The translations under genes were made by a program, and so were the position numbers. Source: a virus. Taken from it: a stretch of DNA of 64,000 nt. Location: IMG/VR virus record IMGVR_UViG_3300028394_003336; one strand, given 5' to 3'. Within the stretch, counting starts at the first letter, position 1. Each line of letters begins with the position of its first letter. Shown in pieces: positions 10,661 to 21,322 of this stretch. Under the pieces are notes generated by a model. The model made no database searches. It was not told the DNA's origin and worked only from the letters and a program-made list of their open reading frames with translations.

Positions 10661-11713
10661 ATGGAAAATACATTAAAAGAAAAAGTACTTAAATCCATTG
10701 AGGTATTAAAAGACAAACAAGCAAGAATTTATTTCCTAACACAAGACACAAAAGGAAATGCAAAAGCTTCGGTTAGATTTATATATCAAGTGGCAAAAAC
10801 ACTAAAAGATGCAGGATTCAATCCAATCATCTTACATGAAAAAAACGACTATGCAGGTGTTGCAAAATGGCTTGGTGAAGAATATATGAATATTCCTCAT
10901 AGAGTTATTGAAGGTCAAAATTTAGAAATATCTCCAGAAGATTTTTTAATTGTTCCTGAAATTTTTGGTTTCATGATGGAACAAGTTAAACAATTACCTT
11001 GTGCTAAAGTTGTTTTGGCTCAATCTTACGCCTACATTGTTGAAACTTTACAACCAGGTCAAAACTGGGCTCAATATGGTTTCTTTAAATGTTTAACAAC
11101 AACAAACAATCAAAAGGAATATATTGAAAGAGTAATGAGACAATCAACTTTTGATATTATCAAACCTTATGTTTCAGAAAATTTCTACCCTAAATCACAA
11201 CCTCCGATGCCAATTGTTGCTGTTCACACTAAAGAACAAAGTGATGCAATTAATATTATCAAAACATTTTATTTAAAATTCCCTCAATATAGATGGTTCA
11301 CATTTAGAGATTTAAGAGGACTTACAGAAGTTGAGTTTGCTAACTCGTTAAGAGATTGTTTTGTAAGTGTATGGATTGACGATGAAAGTGGATTTGGTAC
11401 ATTCCCATTGGAGTCTATGAAATCTAATGTACCTGTAATTGGAAAGGTTCCAAATTTACCTACAGAATGGATGACTGAGGATAATGGTATATGGATTACG
11501 GACAAAACTTTATTTGCAGACGTAATTGCTGATTTTATTCAAAATTGGTTAGAGGATAATATTAAACCTGAAATGTATGAAGAAATGAAAAAAACTGCAG
11601 ACAAATACTCAGATAAACAAGAATTTGAAACTTCTGTGACAACTTTATTTAAAAAGTTTTTAATTAACAGAGCGGATTCATTTGAAGAACAAATCATTAA
11701 AACAGAAGAATAA
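10661..11713 (+). CDS. GT-B fold glycosyltransferase-like protein
   Basis: ESGFGTFPLESM...VPVIG resembles the GT4 E-x7-E motif. Confidence 0.7.
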   Translation: MENTLKEKVLKSIEVLKDKQARIYFLTQDTKGNAKASVRFIYQVAKTLKDAGFNPIILHEKNDYAGVAKWLGEEYMNIPHRVIEGQNLEISPEDFLIVPEIFGFMMEQVKQLPCAKVVLAQSYAYIVETLQPGQNWAQYGFFKCLTTTNNQKEYIERVMRQSTFDIIKPYVSENFYPKSQPPMPIVAVHTKEQSDAINIIKTFYLKFPQYRWFTFRDLRGLTEVEFANSLRDCFVSVWIDDESGFGTFPLESMKSNVPVIGKVPNLPTEWMTEDNGIWITDKTLFADVIADFIQNWLEDNIKPEMYEEMKKTADKYSDKQEFETSVTTLFKKFLINRADSFEEQIIKTEE

Positions 11714-11714
11714 T

Positions 11715-12521
11715 ATGGAAAATAAAATATCATTATCAGTTATACTGCCAATCAAATCAGCAAAAGCAAAAGACTTTGATGAACTTTTTGGAAAAGCAAT
11801 TAATTCTTTAAAAGAACAAAAAGTTGATTTTGAAGAACTAGTAATTGTTCACACTCAAGAAGAATCGTTAATACAAGTTTTAGAGGACTACGACTTTGGA
11901 AATATAAATGTTACTAAAGTATTGTGGGATAAAGAACCTAACTACGCATCACAAATAAACTATGGTGTTGAACAAGCAAAAGGTACTTGGGTTTCATTGT
12001 TAGAATTTGATGACGAATATTCATCAATTTGGTTTAAAAATGTAAAACAATATTCAGAATCATATCCTGATGTTCAAATGTTTTTACCTGTAGTTGTTGA
12101 AGTTGATGATAAAGGAATGTTTGCTGGTTTCACTAATGAAGCAACTTTTGCAGCAAACTTCACACAAGAAATGGGGTTCTTAACTAACGAAACTTTACAA
12201 GATTATCAAAATTTCCAAACTGCTGGTTCTGTGATTAAAAAATCTGTATTTGAAGACTTTGGTGGATTTAAACCATCAATAAAATTAACATTTGTTTACG
12301 AATTCTTATTAAGACTATCTTACAATTCTGTATCAATTATGACAATACCTAAGTTAGGGTATAAACATATTAACATGAGAGAAGGTTCAATATTTTGGAC
12401 ATATAAGAATGGAGAAAACAAAATGCTTGATGATGAAGTTAAGTTTTGGATTCAAACTGCAAAGAAAGAATATTTTTTTACTGACGATAGAGTCATAAAA
12501 TATCAATCAGAAAATGCATAA
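11715..12521 (+). CDS. Glycosyltransferase family 2-like protein
   Basis: SVILP, INYGVEQAKG and EFDD motifs; ATG at 11715 preferred over the overlapping TTG. Confidence 0.75.
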   Translation: MENKISLSVILPIKSAKAKDFDELFGKAINSLKEQKVDFEELVIVHTQEESLIQVLEDYDFGNINVTKVLWDKEPNYASQINYGVEQAKGTWVSLLEFDDEYSSIWFKNVKQYSESYPDVQMFLPVVVEVDDKGMFAGFTNEATFAANFTQEMGFLTNETLQDYQNFQTAGSVIKKSVFEDFGGFKPSIKLTFVYEFLLRLSYNSVSIMTIPKLGYKHINMREGSIFWTYKNGENKMLDDEVKFWIQTAKKEYFFTDDRVIKYQSENA

Positions 12522-13268
12522 ATGCAAGAAACTCTATCTGCACAAACAGAAGATGTTTCATCCAAAAAAAGAGGTAGAAAGGCAGTCAAAGAAAATTATT
12601 TTGACGTAAGAGAAGAAACCGCAGTTAGAAAATTTTTAATTGCTGAAACTTCATACGAAAAAAACAAAATATATAATGAATTCTTAAGAGCTCCTCTTGA
12701 TAAGATGATTTCATCAATTATAAGACGTTACAAATTGTATCGTAAAGATATGGATTTTATTGAAATTCATACTGACACACATTCTTTTTTGATGACTAAG
12801 GTTGATAAATTCAAACCAGACAAAAACAAAAAAGCGTATTCATATTTTGGAACGATTTGTAAAAATTATTTAATGGGTCAAATCATTAAAGACCAAAAAG
12901 AAACAAATCGTAAAATTTCATATGAGGATATTTCTTCAAGTATTGAAGAAAGACCTGACATGATTTATCGTATAGATGACGATATTGTAGAAACTGATGT
13001 CATAATTACTCAATACCTTAAAGAACTTAAAGATTTTATTGAAACAGAATCATTGAATGATAATGAAAAAAAGTTAGGTTATGCATTAATTGATTTATTT
13101 GACAATTACGAAACTATATTTTCAGGTGCAGATAATAACAAATTTAATAAAAATGTCATACTACTTTCATTAAGAGAAATGACTAATCTTAGTACAAAAG
13201 AGATAAGAAGTTCAATAAAAAGATTCAAAAAACTTTATTTAGTTATTCAACATAAAATGAAAAACTAA
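12522..13268 (+). CDS. Sigma-70-family late transcription factor (T4 gp55-like)
   Basis: ENYF...KVDKFKPDK..KAYSYFGTICKNYL resembles sigma region 2 of gp55; lies before the structural genes. Confidence 0.7.
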   Translation: MQETLSAQTEDVSSKKRGRKAVKENYFDVREETAVRKFLIAETSYEKNKIYNEFLRAPLDKMISSIIRRYKLYRKDMDFIEIHTDTHSFLMTKVDKFKPDKNKKAYSYFGTICKNYLMGQIIKDQKETNRKISYEDISSSIEERPDMIYRIDDDIVETDVIITQYLKELKDFIETESLNDNEKKLGYALIDLFDNYETIFSGADNNKFNKNVILLSLREMTNLSTKEIRSSIKRFKKLYLVIQHKMKN

Positions 13269-13275
13269 TTAAAAC

Positions 13276-13283
13276 TATTTATA
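13276..13283 (+). promoter_or_regulatory. Putative phage late promoter TATTTATA (representative copy)
   Basis: Same motif precedes about 20 genes on both strands; see findings. Confidence 0.6.
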
Positions 13284-13286
13284 GGT

Positions 13287-13652
13287 ATGCCAAGACCACA
13301 AAGAAAAGAAATTAATTTTACTAAAGATTCTATTTTATCTCTCATGCAAGAAATTTATAATGAACTTGTAGAGCAAAGACAAACTGCAATAAGAATTCAA
13401 AATAAAATGTTGTCTATGTTAAAAGACCCAGAGGACATGACAACTATTGGACCTGTAATTGAAAAACAACAAAAAATTGTTAACGAATGTGTTGAAAAGA
13501 AAATTAGTCTTTCAAAACTTCAATCAGGAATTTGGGAAAAATCAAACAATAATACTGAATCATTTTCTCTTGCCGATTTAGATGATGACTTAATTCAAAA
13601 TCTTATAGAAAAAGATGTTTCTAATGACGAGCAAACTTATAAAATGAGATAA
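13287..13652 (+). CDS. Hypothetical helical protein (possible terminase small subunit-like)
   Basis: Follows a late motif; helical character; the family guess is weak. Confidence 0.5.
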   Translation: MPRPQRKEINFTKDSILSLMQEIYNELVEQRQTAIRIQNKMLSMLKDPEDMTTIGPVIEKQQKIVNECVEKKISLSKLQSGIWEKSNNNTESFSLADLDDDLIQNLIEKDVSNDEQTYKMR

Positions 13653-13655
13653 GAT

Positions 13656-15776
13656 ATGCAAGCAGCACCAGATTTAAATTCCTTAGGACTAGATATATCT
13701 TCAAAGATTACTGCAGTAAAAACCGCTGTAGATACTTTAAAGCAAGAAAAAACTTTAAAAAAATCTGTCGCAAATTCAACATCTTCAGCCGCGTCACAAA
13801 TAACTTCTCAGTTAGATAAAATTAAAGATTTACAAAAAAGATACCAAAGAGAACCTCCAACCTCTATGGATAAGTTGTTAGATTTTTTGTCTCAAACAAG
13901 AGGAAATGGTGACAATACTATAAAGTATTTAAGAAAAAAAATTTTAGAGGCGGCAGTAAAGATTGAACCTGAAATGGTTAATATTCTTAAGGAACAGTCT
14001 ATGAAAGCTTTAGGTTGTTCACAAGAACAAAGTTATAAAGGTGTTAACCCACAAAGTCTACAATTACAACCATTACCTTTAATACCACAAGGACCAAACG
14101 ATGGTTCAATATATATCCCCGTTCAATCTGTTGATTTTTTTTCTAATTTAAAACAATCTCCAACAACAAATTTTGGTAAAGTATATTATGAAAAACCAGA
14201 ACCATCTGCAGATACAATTTTCAAGCCTTTTGGTGGAGACGTTAATTTTCCAATGAATAAACAGTTATATCAATTAACGAATGAAAATGGAAGGTCTTTA
14301 TCTCAAATTTTGGGTACAAACTATAAAGGTAAATCAGGTCAAAATTTGTTTGATGTCCAATATACAAAAACAAATGGATATGGAGTAACTGGTGATTATT
14401 TTAGAGTTATATTAATTGATAGGTTAAATAATAACAGTGCAAGTTTAAATAATAAGGTTGGTGAGTTTATTAGTGATTATTATAGTACAATAAATCTTAT
14501 AGACCCTGTTGATATTGGTGCCCAAATAGTAAATATAATTTCAGGGGCAATGAATATTAATGCAAAAATTGGTATTGGAGAACTTCAAAATCAATCAAAG
14601 TTTTCATTAGTTCTTCAAAGAATATTAGGATTATGTTTTGATGACCGTACTGAAATTGATGTTAGCGGTATTGCCAAAGTAGCAGAACTTGATGGAGTTG
14701 ACGATACTTTTTTTGAATTAAATGAAATTGATTTAAGAAATATTGACCAAAATATTTCTAATATTCAAAACGGGGTTATGGAATTTGAAGACTGTAATAA
14801 TGTAAAAGTTCCCGTTGATTCAGAATCCCTTGTTGACCAACTTATTCTTTTTAGAGATAAATTAAGTGGTAAAACAAACGAAGAAAAAGTTAAGACTATA
14901 GAAACTATAGTAGATTCAATTTCTCAAAATCCTGAATGGAAACCAAAACTCCCTTCAAGTTTTAATGCGAATATATCAATTGATAAAAATATTATAAAGA
15001 AAATTTCTTTAGCGGTTGCTGCTGGTGTATTAACCCCAAAAAATTTATTACCAGTATTTTCATTATTATACGTAATACAATCAGGTGCAACATACACATA
15101 TAATCAAGCGGTAACAAGCGCAAACACATTAATTAGTTCAGGAAACTCAATATTTAATTCAGGAAATACAATATTATCACAAACAAATAATATTATTACT
15201 GACGGTAAAGATTTCTTACAAAAATGGAGAACATTTTCAATTGAAATGATTACTAAAATTAATGTTATCTTTTTAGAAACGTTATTTCAAATATTAAAAA
15301 AAGATTTAATACTTTTAATTGGAGAAATTGTTAAAGATATTGAAACAAACAAAGCCATTAGAAAATATCAAAAAATTTTAGCGCTAATAGCTGTAGCATA
15401 TGGAGTAACTCAGTTACTTAAAAATGATTACAGAAAATGCAAACCTTTACTACAAGATATTTTAGCAATATTAACTTTAGTTGAAAGCGCTGGTAAAACA
15501 CTGGGTATTTTGAAAAAAGATATTCCGTTATCACTACTTGCCTTTTCAGATTTTTTACCAGGGTATTCTCCTGAGAGAGCCTTTATTAATGTGATTGAAG
15601 GTCTTCAAAAGATTGGGGTTCCTACAGGGACTTTACCTGATGGGTCTCCTAATTTAATGTTGTTATATAATAAAATTACCCAAGACGGCATTGGTAAAGA
15701 AAAAAAGAATGAAAAAATTGAAGCCTTTGGTGTTGGTGTAACGGGTATGGTTAAAGTTTATGGAGTTCCAGTATGA
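13656..15776 (+). CDS. Putative virion structural protein
   Basis: 706-aa ORF upstream of the baseplate spike-like gene. Confidence 0.55.
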   Translation: MQAAPDLNSLGLDISSKITAVKTAVDTLKQEKTLKKSVANSTSSAASQITSQLDKIKDLQKRYQREPPTSMDKLLDFLSQTRGNGDNTIKYLRKKILEAAVKIEPEMVNILKEQSMKALGCSQEQSYKGVNPQSLQLQPLPLIPQGPNDGSIYIPVQSVDFFSNLKQSPTTNFGKVYYEKPEPSADTIFKPFGGDVNFPMNKQLYQLTNENGRSLSQILGTNYKGKSGQNLFDVQYTKTNGYGVTGDYFRVILIDRLNNNSASLNNKVGEFISDYYSTINLIDPVDIGAQIVNIISGAMNINAKIGIGELQNQSKFSLVLQRILGLCFDDRTEIDVSGIAKVAELDGVDDTFFELNEIDLRNIDQNISNIQNGVMEFEDCNNVKVPVDSESLVDQLILFRDKLSGKTNEEKVKTIETIVDSISQNPEWKPKLPSSFNANISIDKNIIKKISLAVAAGVLTPKNLLPVFSLLYVIQSGATYTYNQAVTSANTLISSGNSIFNSGNTILSQTNNIITDGKDFLQKWRTFSIEMITKINVIFLETLFQILKKDLILLIGEIVKDIETNKAIRKYQKILALIAVAYGVTQLLKNDYRKCKPLLQDILAILTLVESAGKTLGILKKDIPLSLLAFSDFLPGYSPERAFINVIEGLQKIGVPTGTLPDGSPNLMLLYNKITQDGIGKEKKNEKIEAFGVGVTGMVKVYGVPV

Positions 15777-15979
15777 TAAAAGAAGATTTTGAAAATATTA
15801 TTAACGAACAGTCCAATTTAAAAAATTTGCCAAGCGCGACGTTATCAAATTTTATGGACTTATTATCAACTGATTTTGAAATCACAAAAGATAATATTAT
15901 AAAGCAAACAATTTATTTAGATAAATTAGAAGAATTATATAACAACATTTTAAAAATATATCAAGAAAGAAATGGCTAA
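15773..15979 (+). CDS. Hypothetical protein
   Basis: ATGA overlap with the upstream gene. Confidence 0.7.
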   Translation: MIKEDFENIINEQSNLKNLPSATLSNFMDLLSTDFEITKDNIIKQTIYLDKLEELYNNILKIYQERNG

Positions 15980-17513
15980 GGTAGACGATAACTCAATATT
16001 ATTTCAGGCACAAGTTTTAAATATTCAAGACCCAATGATGCTTGGTAGAATACGTGCAATTAGGTTAATTGACAATCTTGATGATATATTAAGAAGTGTT
16101 ACGGACCCACCATGGAATGCCGAAAAAGATATATGGACAGCCAGAGACCCGTTAGTATTCACACCATTATTACCATATTTTATATATCAAGTACCAAAAA
16201 CTGATGAATTAATTCAAGTAATGTATTTGAATAAAGACTTTAGATTTCAGAATCAATTCTATATACAAGCCGCGGCGTTTTCATCTCCAACTGCAACTAA
16301 CAAAGAATATTATTATGGTGGTAACAAATGGAGTGGTAATGGTGTTCAAATTGTGAATCCAAACCCTTTAAAAAACCAAGATGGGACTTATAAAGATAAA
16401 TCAATACATGAGGGTGTATTCCCACAACCTGGTGATAATGCCATTTTAGGTAGAGGTAGTGCAGACTTAGTTGTTAAACAAGATGACGTTTTATTAAGAG
16501 CAGGTAAATTTAAAGAAGAAAATTTACAACCAAACATTTTACCTGTTGCAAATCCAAAGAGAGCCTTTTTACAATTATCAAGATTTCAAACAACAAAAGA
16601 AGTATTACCACCGAAAACATATTTTGAGTTTAATGAAGAGGTTGTATTGGTAAAATATTTGATTGAATGGGTTATAGTTAATCCTGAAAATACTAAAGAT
16701 AACTTTACAGGAGATGTATACCTATACCAATTAAAAGCCGACCCATCAACTAATTCTAAAAATTTAACTATTGGTAGTACTGTTGCTTCAAATCTTAAAA
16801 CGATTGTTTTTAAACAAGAAATTAAGGGTAATACTTTAGACATTATTAACCAAATTAATGATTTCATTAAAGCGTGTAACAAAACTAATTTTTATAACGG
16901 ATATCAACTTTTCCCTGATAACCAAGACAATACAAAGTTCCCTATATTTTATAGACCAACAAATGAAACTTATGCTAAAATAAATCCAAGTACTCCTTCA
17001 GGACAAACAAGTACAACAATTATCAATAACCTTTCAAAGATTTACAAAGGAATAAAAATAAGTCCAGGAATTAAAGGTGGATATGGTTTAATTTATACAA
17101 AAAATAATGTTGGGATTGTTGGAGCATATGTTAAAAAAACCGCCGCTCAATCAAGATTTATCACACAACAAGCAACATACGGTACATTAGGTGCTGACAA
17201 AGTATTCTTATTATCTCACAATTCTGCAATACCTGGAAAAGGTGGCCCAATAAATTTTGATAATACATTATACGGAATAACACCTGAACAATATGGGGAT
17301 GAGATTGTACCAAAGACATCAAGTATGGTAAGGGGAGAAGAGTTAATGGAATTGATTAATTTAATTGTTCAATTCTTAATTACACATACTCACGCTTATC
17401 CAGGATTAGCTCCAGTCCCTGTAACTGAGAGTGGTGTTAAAGTAGAATCACTTACTTCAGAACTACAAAATGCCGTTAATAAGATTCTTAACGGAAATAT
17501 CAGACTTAATTGA
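15972..17513 (+). CDS. Baseplate hub/central spike protein (gp5/gpV-like)
   Basis: N-terminal DPMMLGRIRA OB-fold motif; C-terminal THTH (HxH) spike-tip motif. Confidence 0.7.
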   Translation: MAKVDDNSILFQAQVLNIQDPMMLGRIRAIRLIDNLDDILRSVTDPPWNAEKDIWTARDPLVFTPLLPYFIYQVPKTDELIQVMYLNKDFRFQNQFYIQAAAFSSPTATNKEYYYGGNKWSGNGVQIVNPNPLKNQDGTYKDKSIHEGVFPQPGDNAILGRGSADLVVKQDDVLLRAGKFKEENLQPNILPVANPKRAFLQLSRFQTTKEVLPPKTYFEFNEEVVLVKYLIEWVIVNPENTKDNFTGDVYLYQLKADPSTNSKNLTIGSTVASNLKTIVFKQEIKGNTLDIINQINDFIKACNKTNFYNGYQLFPDNQDNTKFPIFYRPTNETYAKINPSTPSGQTSTTIINNLSKIYKGIKISPGIKGGYGLIYTKNNVGIVGAYVKKTAAQSRFITQQATYGTLGADKVFLLSHNSAIPGKGGPINFDNTLYGITPEQYGDEIVPKTSSMVRGEELMELINLIVQFLITHTHAYPGLAPVPVTESGVKVESLTSELQNAVNKILNGNIRLN

Positions 17514-17532
17514 TATTTATTGAAAAAGATAG

Positions 17533-19041
17533 ATGTCAATTTTAAGGTCGTATATAGATAAAAATAATACCATTACATCAAATTCATATGTAAACACGGC
17601 AAGAAACCCTGTTGTTGAGTTGAATTTTGGTGCTTCGGACTACGTAGTTCCAAACTACGGATACACAAGGTATATCTTTGATTTAGATTTAGTGTTACTT
17701 AGACAAGACATTGCAACAGGAGTTATCTCAACAGGATGTACTTCAGCAATGACACACACATTAAAGATGACAAACACATCTTCATTTGATAATGAGTTAC
17801 TTAATTCATTTATGTCAAATGAAAGAAGAAGAGCAACTTCATTTGATTTAATTCTTTTCAGAATCCCTCAAACTTCAGGTAATACAGGTAATCCACAATA
17901 TTGGGATGAAGGTGTTGGATATGATTATAATGACTTTAATATTGCAAAAAATAGTGCGATAGGTGGGTCATCCCCACTTACTTACGTAGATAGCAGAGCC
18001 TTTTCAACAAGACCTTCAAACTGGTACCAAACCACAACATTAGATACATGGTCACAACCTGGTATCTATAATAACAAAAATGAAGGTGCAGTTAACTTCT
18101 CAGGACTTACAATCGTAGCAAGACAACACTTTCAATTAGGAAATGAAGACCTTAACATGGATATGACTGATGAAATTAATGGAATACTTCAAGGAACAAT
18201 AACTGGTGTTACAGGGTGGGGTTTGGCCTACTTACCTCAAATTGAAAACATTACAGGTTTGACTGACAGTTATAGTGTTGCGTTTTTCTCAAAAGACACT
18301 CAAACATTCTACCAACCATTCTTATTAACAAACTATGATGATTATATTAAAGATGATAGAAATCAATTTTTAAAGAACCAAGAAAATAGACTGTATCTTT
18401 ATGTTTATCAAAATGGTGATTTAGTTAATTTGGATGCCGACCCAATTGTTAGAATTGAAGATAGACTTGGTGTTGCTGTTGATGGAATGGCAACTCTGAG
18501 TACTTGTTTAAGAACAAAAGGTATCTATGAAGTAATTGTTCCGAATGGATTTACAGGTTCTCCAACTCCTTGTCAATATTTTGATATTTGGTCAGGATTG
18601 ACAATTAATGGACAATGTATCCCAAATGTTAAAAACCAATTCATACTTCAACCATATAGTGCTGGAATACAAATCGGACCAATATCAAAAGAACCTCAAA
18701 TCTATGGATTTGATTTCTATGGTATATTACAAAACGAACAAATTTTAAATTCAGACATTAGAAAAGTTGGGGTTACAATTAAGAAAGCCTATACAGGTCA
18801 ACAAGTTCTTTTAAACGTTTCTGCATCATATAGAGTATATGTTATGGAAGGAACAACTGAAGTATTAGTTCAGGACTGGACACCAGTTAATAGAACACCT
18901 AATGAATATTATTTCATTTTTGATATGAGAGATAAAATACCAAATCAATATTATGTTGATATTCAAGTGAGCACTTCAGGAGAGAAAGATACTTATAAAA
19001 GACAATTAACGTTTAATATCGTAAACACAAAACAATCATGA
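17533..19041 (+). CDS. Putative virion structural protein
   Basis: S/T/G/N-rich beta-type composition; TATTTAT at 17514-17520. Confidence 0.55.
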   Translation: MSILRSYIDKNNTITSNSYVNTARNPVVELNFGASDYVVPNYGYTRYIFDLDLVLLRQDIATGVISTGCTSAMTHTLKMTNTSSFDNELLNSFMSNERRRATSFDLILFRIPQTSGNTGNPQYWDEGVGYDYNDFNIAKNSAIGGSSPLTYVDSRAFSTRPSNWYQTTTLDTWSQPGIYNNKNEGAVNFSGLTIVARQHFQLGNEDLNMDMTDEINGILQGTITGVTGWGLAYLPQIENITGLTDSYSVAFFSKDTQTFYQPFLLTNYDDYIKDDRNQFLKNQENRLYLYVYQNGDLVNLDADPIVRIEDRLGVAVDGMATLSTCLRTKGIYEVIVPNGFTGSPTPCQYFDIWSGLTINGQCIPNVKNQFILQPYSAGIQIGPISKEPQIYGFDFYGILQNEQILNSDIRKVGVTIKKAYTGQQVLLNVSASYRVYVMEGTTEVLVQDWTPVNRTPNEYYFIFDMRDKIPNQYYVDIQVSTSGEKDTYKRQLTFNIVNTKQS

Positions 19042-19439
19042 GTAAAATAGTAAAATTTACTGAATCAGATTTAAATAGATTGGTAAAAAAGGTAATCTCC
19101 GAACAGGAGGTTGAAGAAGGAATCTTTGATGGTGTTAAAGATTTATATAGAGGGGTTAAAGGAGTTAAAAGAGGATACGGCATGGATTATTTTCAAAACA
19201 TGAGTAAACTAGAAAACCTTGTTAGAAAATTAAAAAATTTAGATGTTCCAAACGAAAAAGTTATGTTGGAATTGAAACAACTAAGAACAAAAGTTTCTTC
19301 ATTAAACATGCCACAACAAAGAAAAGATGCAATTGTTAACCTGATTGATAATTCACTTTATCATTTTAGAAAATATTCTGATATTAATGACCAAATTTTG
19401 AATCAAATAAAAACATTAAATTTAGACAGCTGGAAATAA
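19038..19439 (+). CDS. Putative internal head protein
   Basis: N-terminal KFTESDLNRLVKKVISEQ motif shared with the next gene. Confidence 0.55.
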   Translation: MSKIVKFTESDLNRLVKKVISEQEVEEGIFDGVKDLYRGVKGVKRGYGMDYFQNMSKLENLVRKLKNLDVPNEKVMLELKQLRTKVSSLNMPQQRKDAIVNLIDNSLYHFRKYSDINDQILNQIKTLNLDSWK

Positions 19440-19440
19440 T

Positions 19441-19920
19441 ATGAAAAAATTAGTAAAATTAACAGAAAGAGATTTGAACATCCTCGTAAGAAAAGTTCTA
19501 AAAGAACAAGAAGAAGTAAACTACATGTTCTTTAGTAATCTGAAGCAAATTAAAAGACAATGTGAAATGATGCTTGAGATGAATCCAAGTGAAATAGATA
19601 GTATAATTCAAAATGGTCATGATTGGGCTGATGACCACATAACTGAAGCCAAAACAAACATTGACCAAGTATTTGATTTTTTCAAAAATCAAATGGATGA
19701 ACAATCTGAATATGTTGATTATGAGGATATGGAAGAAAATTCATTATCCGAAGGTAGAAAAAAAACAGGTACTCCACTTTGTTCAAGAGGTAAAGCAGCT
19801 GCTAAATCAAAATTTAAGGTTTACCCAAGTGCATATGCAAACGGATATGCCGTTCAAGTTTGTAAGGGAAAGATTAAAGGGCTTGATGGTAAAAAACATT
19901 GTTCAGGTGCCTATTGTTAA
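19441..19920 (+). CDS. Putative internal head protein with basic Cys-containing C-terminal domain
   Basis: KLTERDLNILVRKVLKEQ; C-terminal KFKVYPSAYANGY. Confidence 0.55.
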   Translation: MKKLVKLTERDLNILVRKVLKEQEEVNYMFFSNLKQIKRQCEMMLEMNPSEIDSIIQNGHDWADDHITEAKTNIDQVFDFFKNQMDEQSEYVDYEDMEENSLSEGRKKTGTPLCSRGKAAAKSKFKVYPSAYANGYAVQVCKGKIKGLDGKKHCSGAYC

Positions 19921-19936
19921 TTTCTAAAATTATCCT

Positions 19937-19944
19937 TATCTTTG
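19937..19944 (+). promoter_or_regulatory. Bacteroidota-type -7 promoter element TATCTTTG (representative copy)
   Basis: Matches TAnnTTTG; 4 nt before the ATG at 19949. Confidence 0.6.
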
Positions 19945-19948
19945 GAAA

Positions 19949-20359
19949 ATGGAAAACAAAGTTGTGGGACACATCCCGCGTTTATTATTCAAAATATATT
20001 TGAGTCTTAAAGAAAGATTTGACCCTACCCCTCCAATACCTGAAGAGGAAAGAATTACCGTAGAAATTTGTAAAAAATTAATTAATGACCCTGATTCAGA
20101 ATTAACCTACGCACCAATTTCCGCAAAAAGATTTATTAAGAATGAAAGTAAAAGTATGTTTGTTGTTATTGAACATCACACAATTAACTTAATAAATCAC
20201 GTATATAGTTATTCGGTTTATCTTTCAAAAAACTCAGACTACAATGAAATTATTGGAGGTTTTGATAAAATCTTAGAAGTTAAGAGACAGTCTTTAGAAG
20301 ATGAAATTACAAGTAATATTCAACATTCTTTACAGACTATTTTGAAGAAACTTGATTAG
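19949..20359 (+). CDS. Hypothetical protein
   Basis: ORF with upstream TAnnTTTG. Confidence 0.75.
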   Translation: MENKVVGHIPRLLFKIYLSLKERFDPTPPIPEEERITVEICKKLINDPDSELTYAPISAKRFIKNESKSMFVVIEHHTINLINHVYSYSVYLSKNSDYNEIIGGFDKILEVKRQSLEDEITSNIQHSLQTILKKLD

Positions 20360-21035
20360 TATTTTCTCTAATCACCCTTCTTATAATTGTGGACAATTCT
20401 TCATTTTTTGGTTCATAATGAGTCATCTTAGGCTTATTACCTGTACCTGATTTTGAATGTGTTTTTTCTGCCTTTCTTTTTTGTTGACATGCAGATTTTT
20501 TTTGTGATACAGACATTTTAGATGCAACTCCTGCGGCTCTACATTTTGGATAACCCTTATCACTTGCTTCAGGTCTTCCACAAGGTGGATGTTTACCATT
20601 AACTTTTCTACAAATATTAACCCATGGTCCTGCTGGTTGTTTACTACCTTTTGGTTTCTTTTTTGTACCAAACCAAACCGCTAAATCTTCTTTAAGTGGA
20701 CCTGTCGCTTGTTGTATTAATTTTTCAGGTAATTCTAAATCACCAATATTGCTTCCTTCGTCATCATTTTGACCAGTATAAAATTGTTTTAAATATCTAT
20801 CAATTTCTGCAACCCTATCTGTTCTCGCCTCAATTTTTTTTCTTTCTTCAGGTGATTCTTTAAAATCATCATCAGCTTCTTCATAAGCTAACTCAGCATT
20901 CTTATAATGATATACAGGTTCAGTATAAGGACCAAGTTCGTTATTTTTCCAAAGTTGAGGCGCTAATACAATAGGAACTTTAAATTTTCCTGAACTTGAT
21001 GCACCAGTGGCTTCATTTATTGGCGTTTTTTTCAT
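20337..21035 (-). CDS. Basic phage protein with PCGR...YPKC motif (DUF5872-like)
   Basis: WF...WVNIC...PCGR...YPKCR; late motif at 21044-21050. Confidence 0.6.
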   Translation of the reverse strand: MKKTPINEATGASSSGKFKVPIVLAPQLWKNNELGPYTEPVYHYKNAELAYEEADDDFKESPEERKKIEARTDRVAEIDRYLKQFYTGQNDDEGSNIGDLELPEKLIQQATGPLKEDLAVWFGTKKKPKGSKQPAGPWVNICRKVNGKHPPCGRPEASDKGYPKCRAAGVASKMSVSQKKSACQQKRKAEKTHSKSGTGNKPKMTHYEPKNEELSTIIRRVIRENTNQVSSK

Positions 21036-21064
21036 ATATTACAATAAATATCATTAAACTTATT

Positions 21065-21292
21065 ATGGAGAACGAAAAAATACCTATTACTCTTTTACTT
21101 GGGAGTATTGCGGTTTACAAACCTGAAGATGTAGATTCATTAATTGATAATATGAATTTTGAACAATCATTTTTTTATGTTATGCAAGCAATTCAATATG
21201 GTCATAATTCAAATCTTTTTTCACTACAGGAAAGCGAATTAATATCAAAGTCATTAAGAATCTTAAATAAAGGAGTTAAATCTAAAGAATAA
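21065..21292 (+). CDS. Hypothetical protein
   Basis: ATG at 21065 (MENEKIP) avoids overlap with the divergent gene. Confidence 0.65.
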   Translation: MENEKIPITLLLGSIAVYKPEDVDSLIDNMNFEQSFFYVMQAIQYGHNSNLFSLQESELISKSLRILNKGVKSKE

Positions 21293-21293
21293 A

Positions 21294-21319
21294 AAAAAGG
21301 ACCTCACGGGGTCCTTTTT
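21294..21319. terminator. Bidirectional intrinsic terminator
   Basis: AAAAAGGACCT-CACG-GGGTCCTTTTT between convergent genes. Confidence 0.8.
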
Positions 21320-21322
21320 CAT

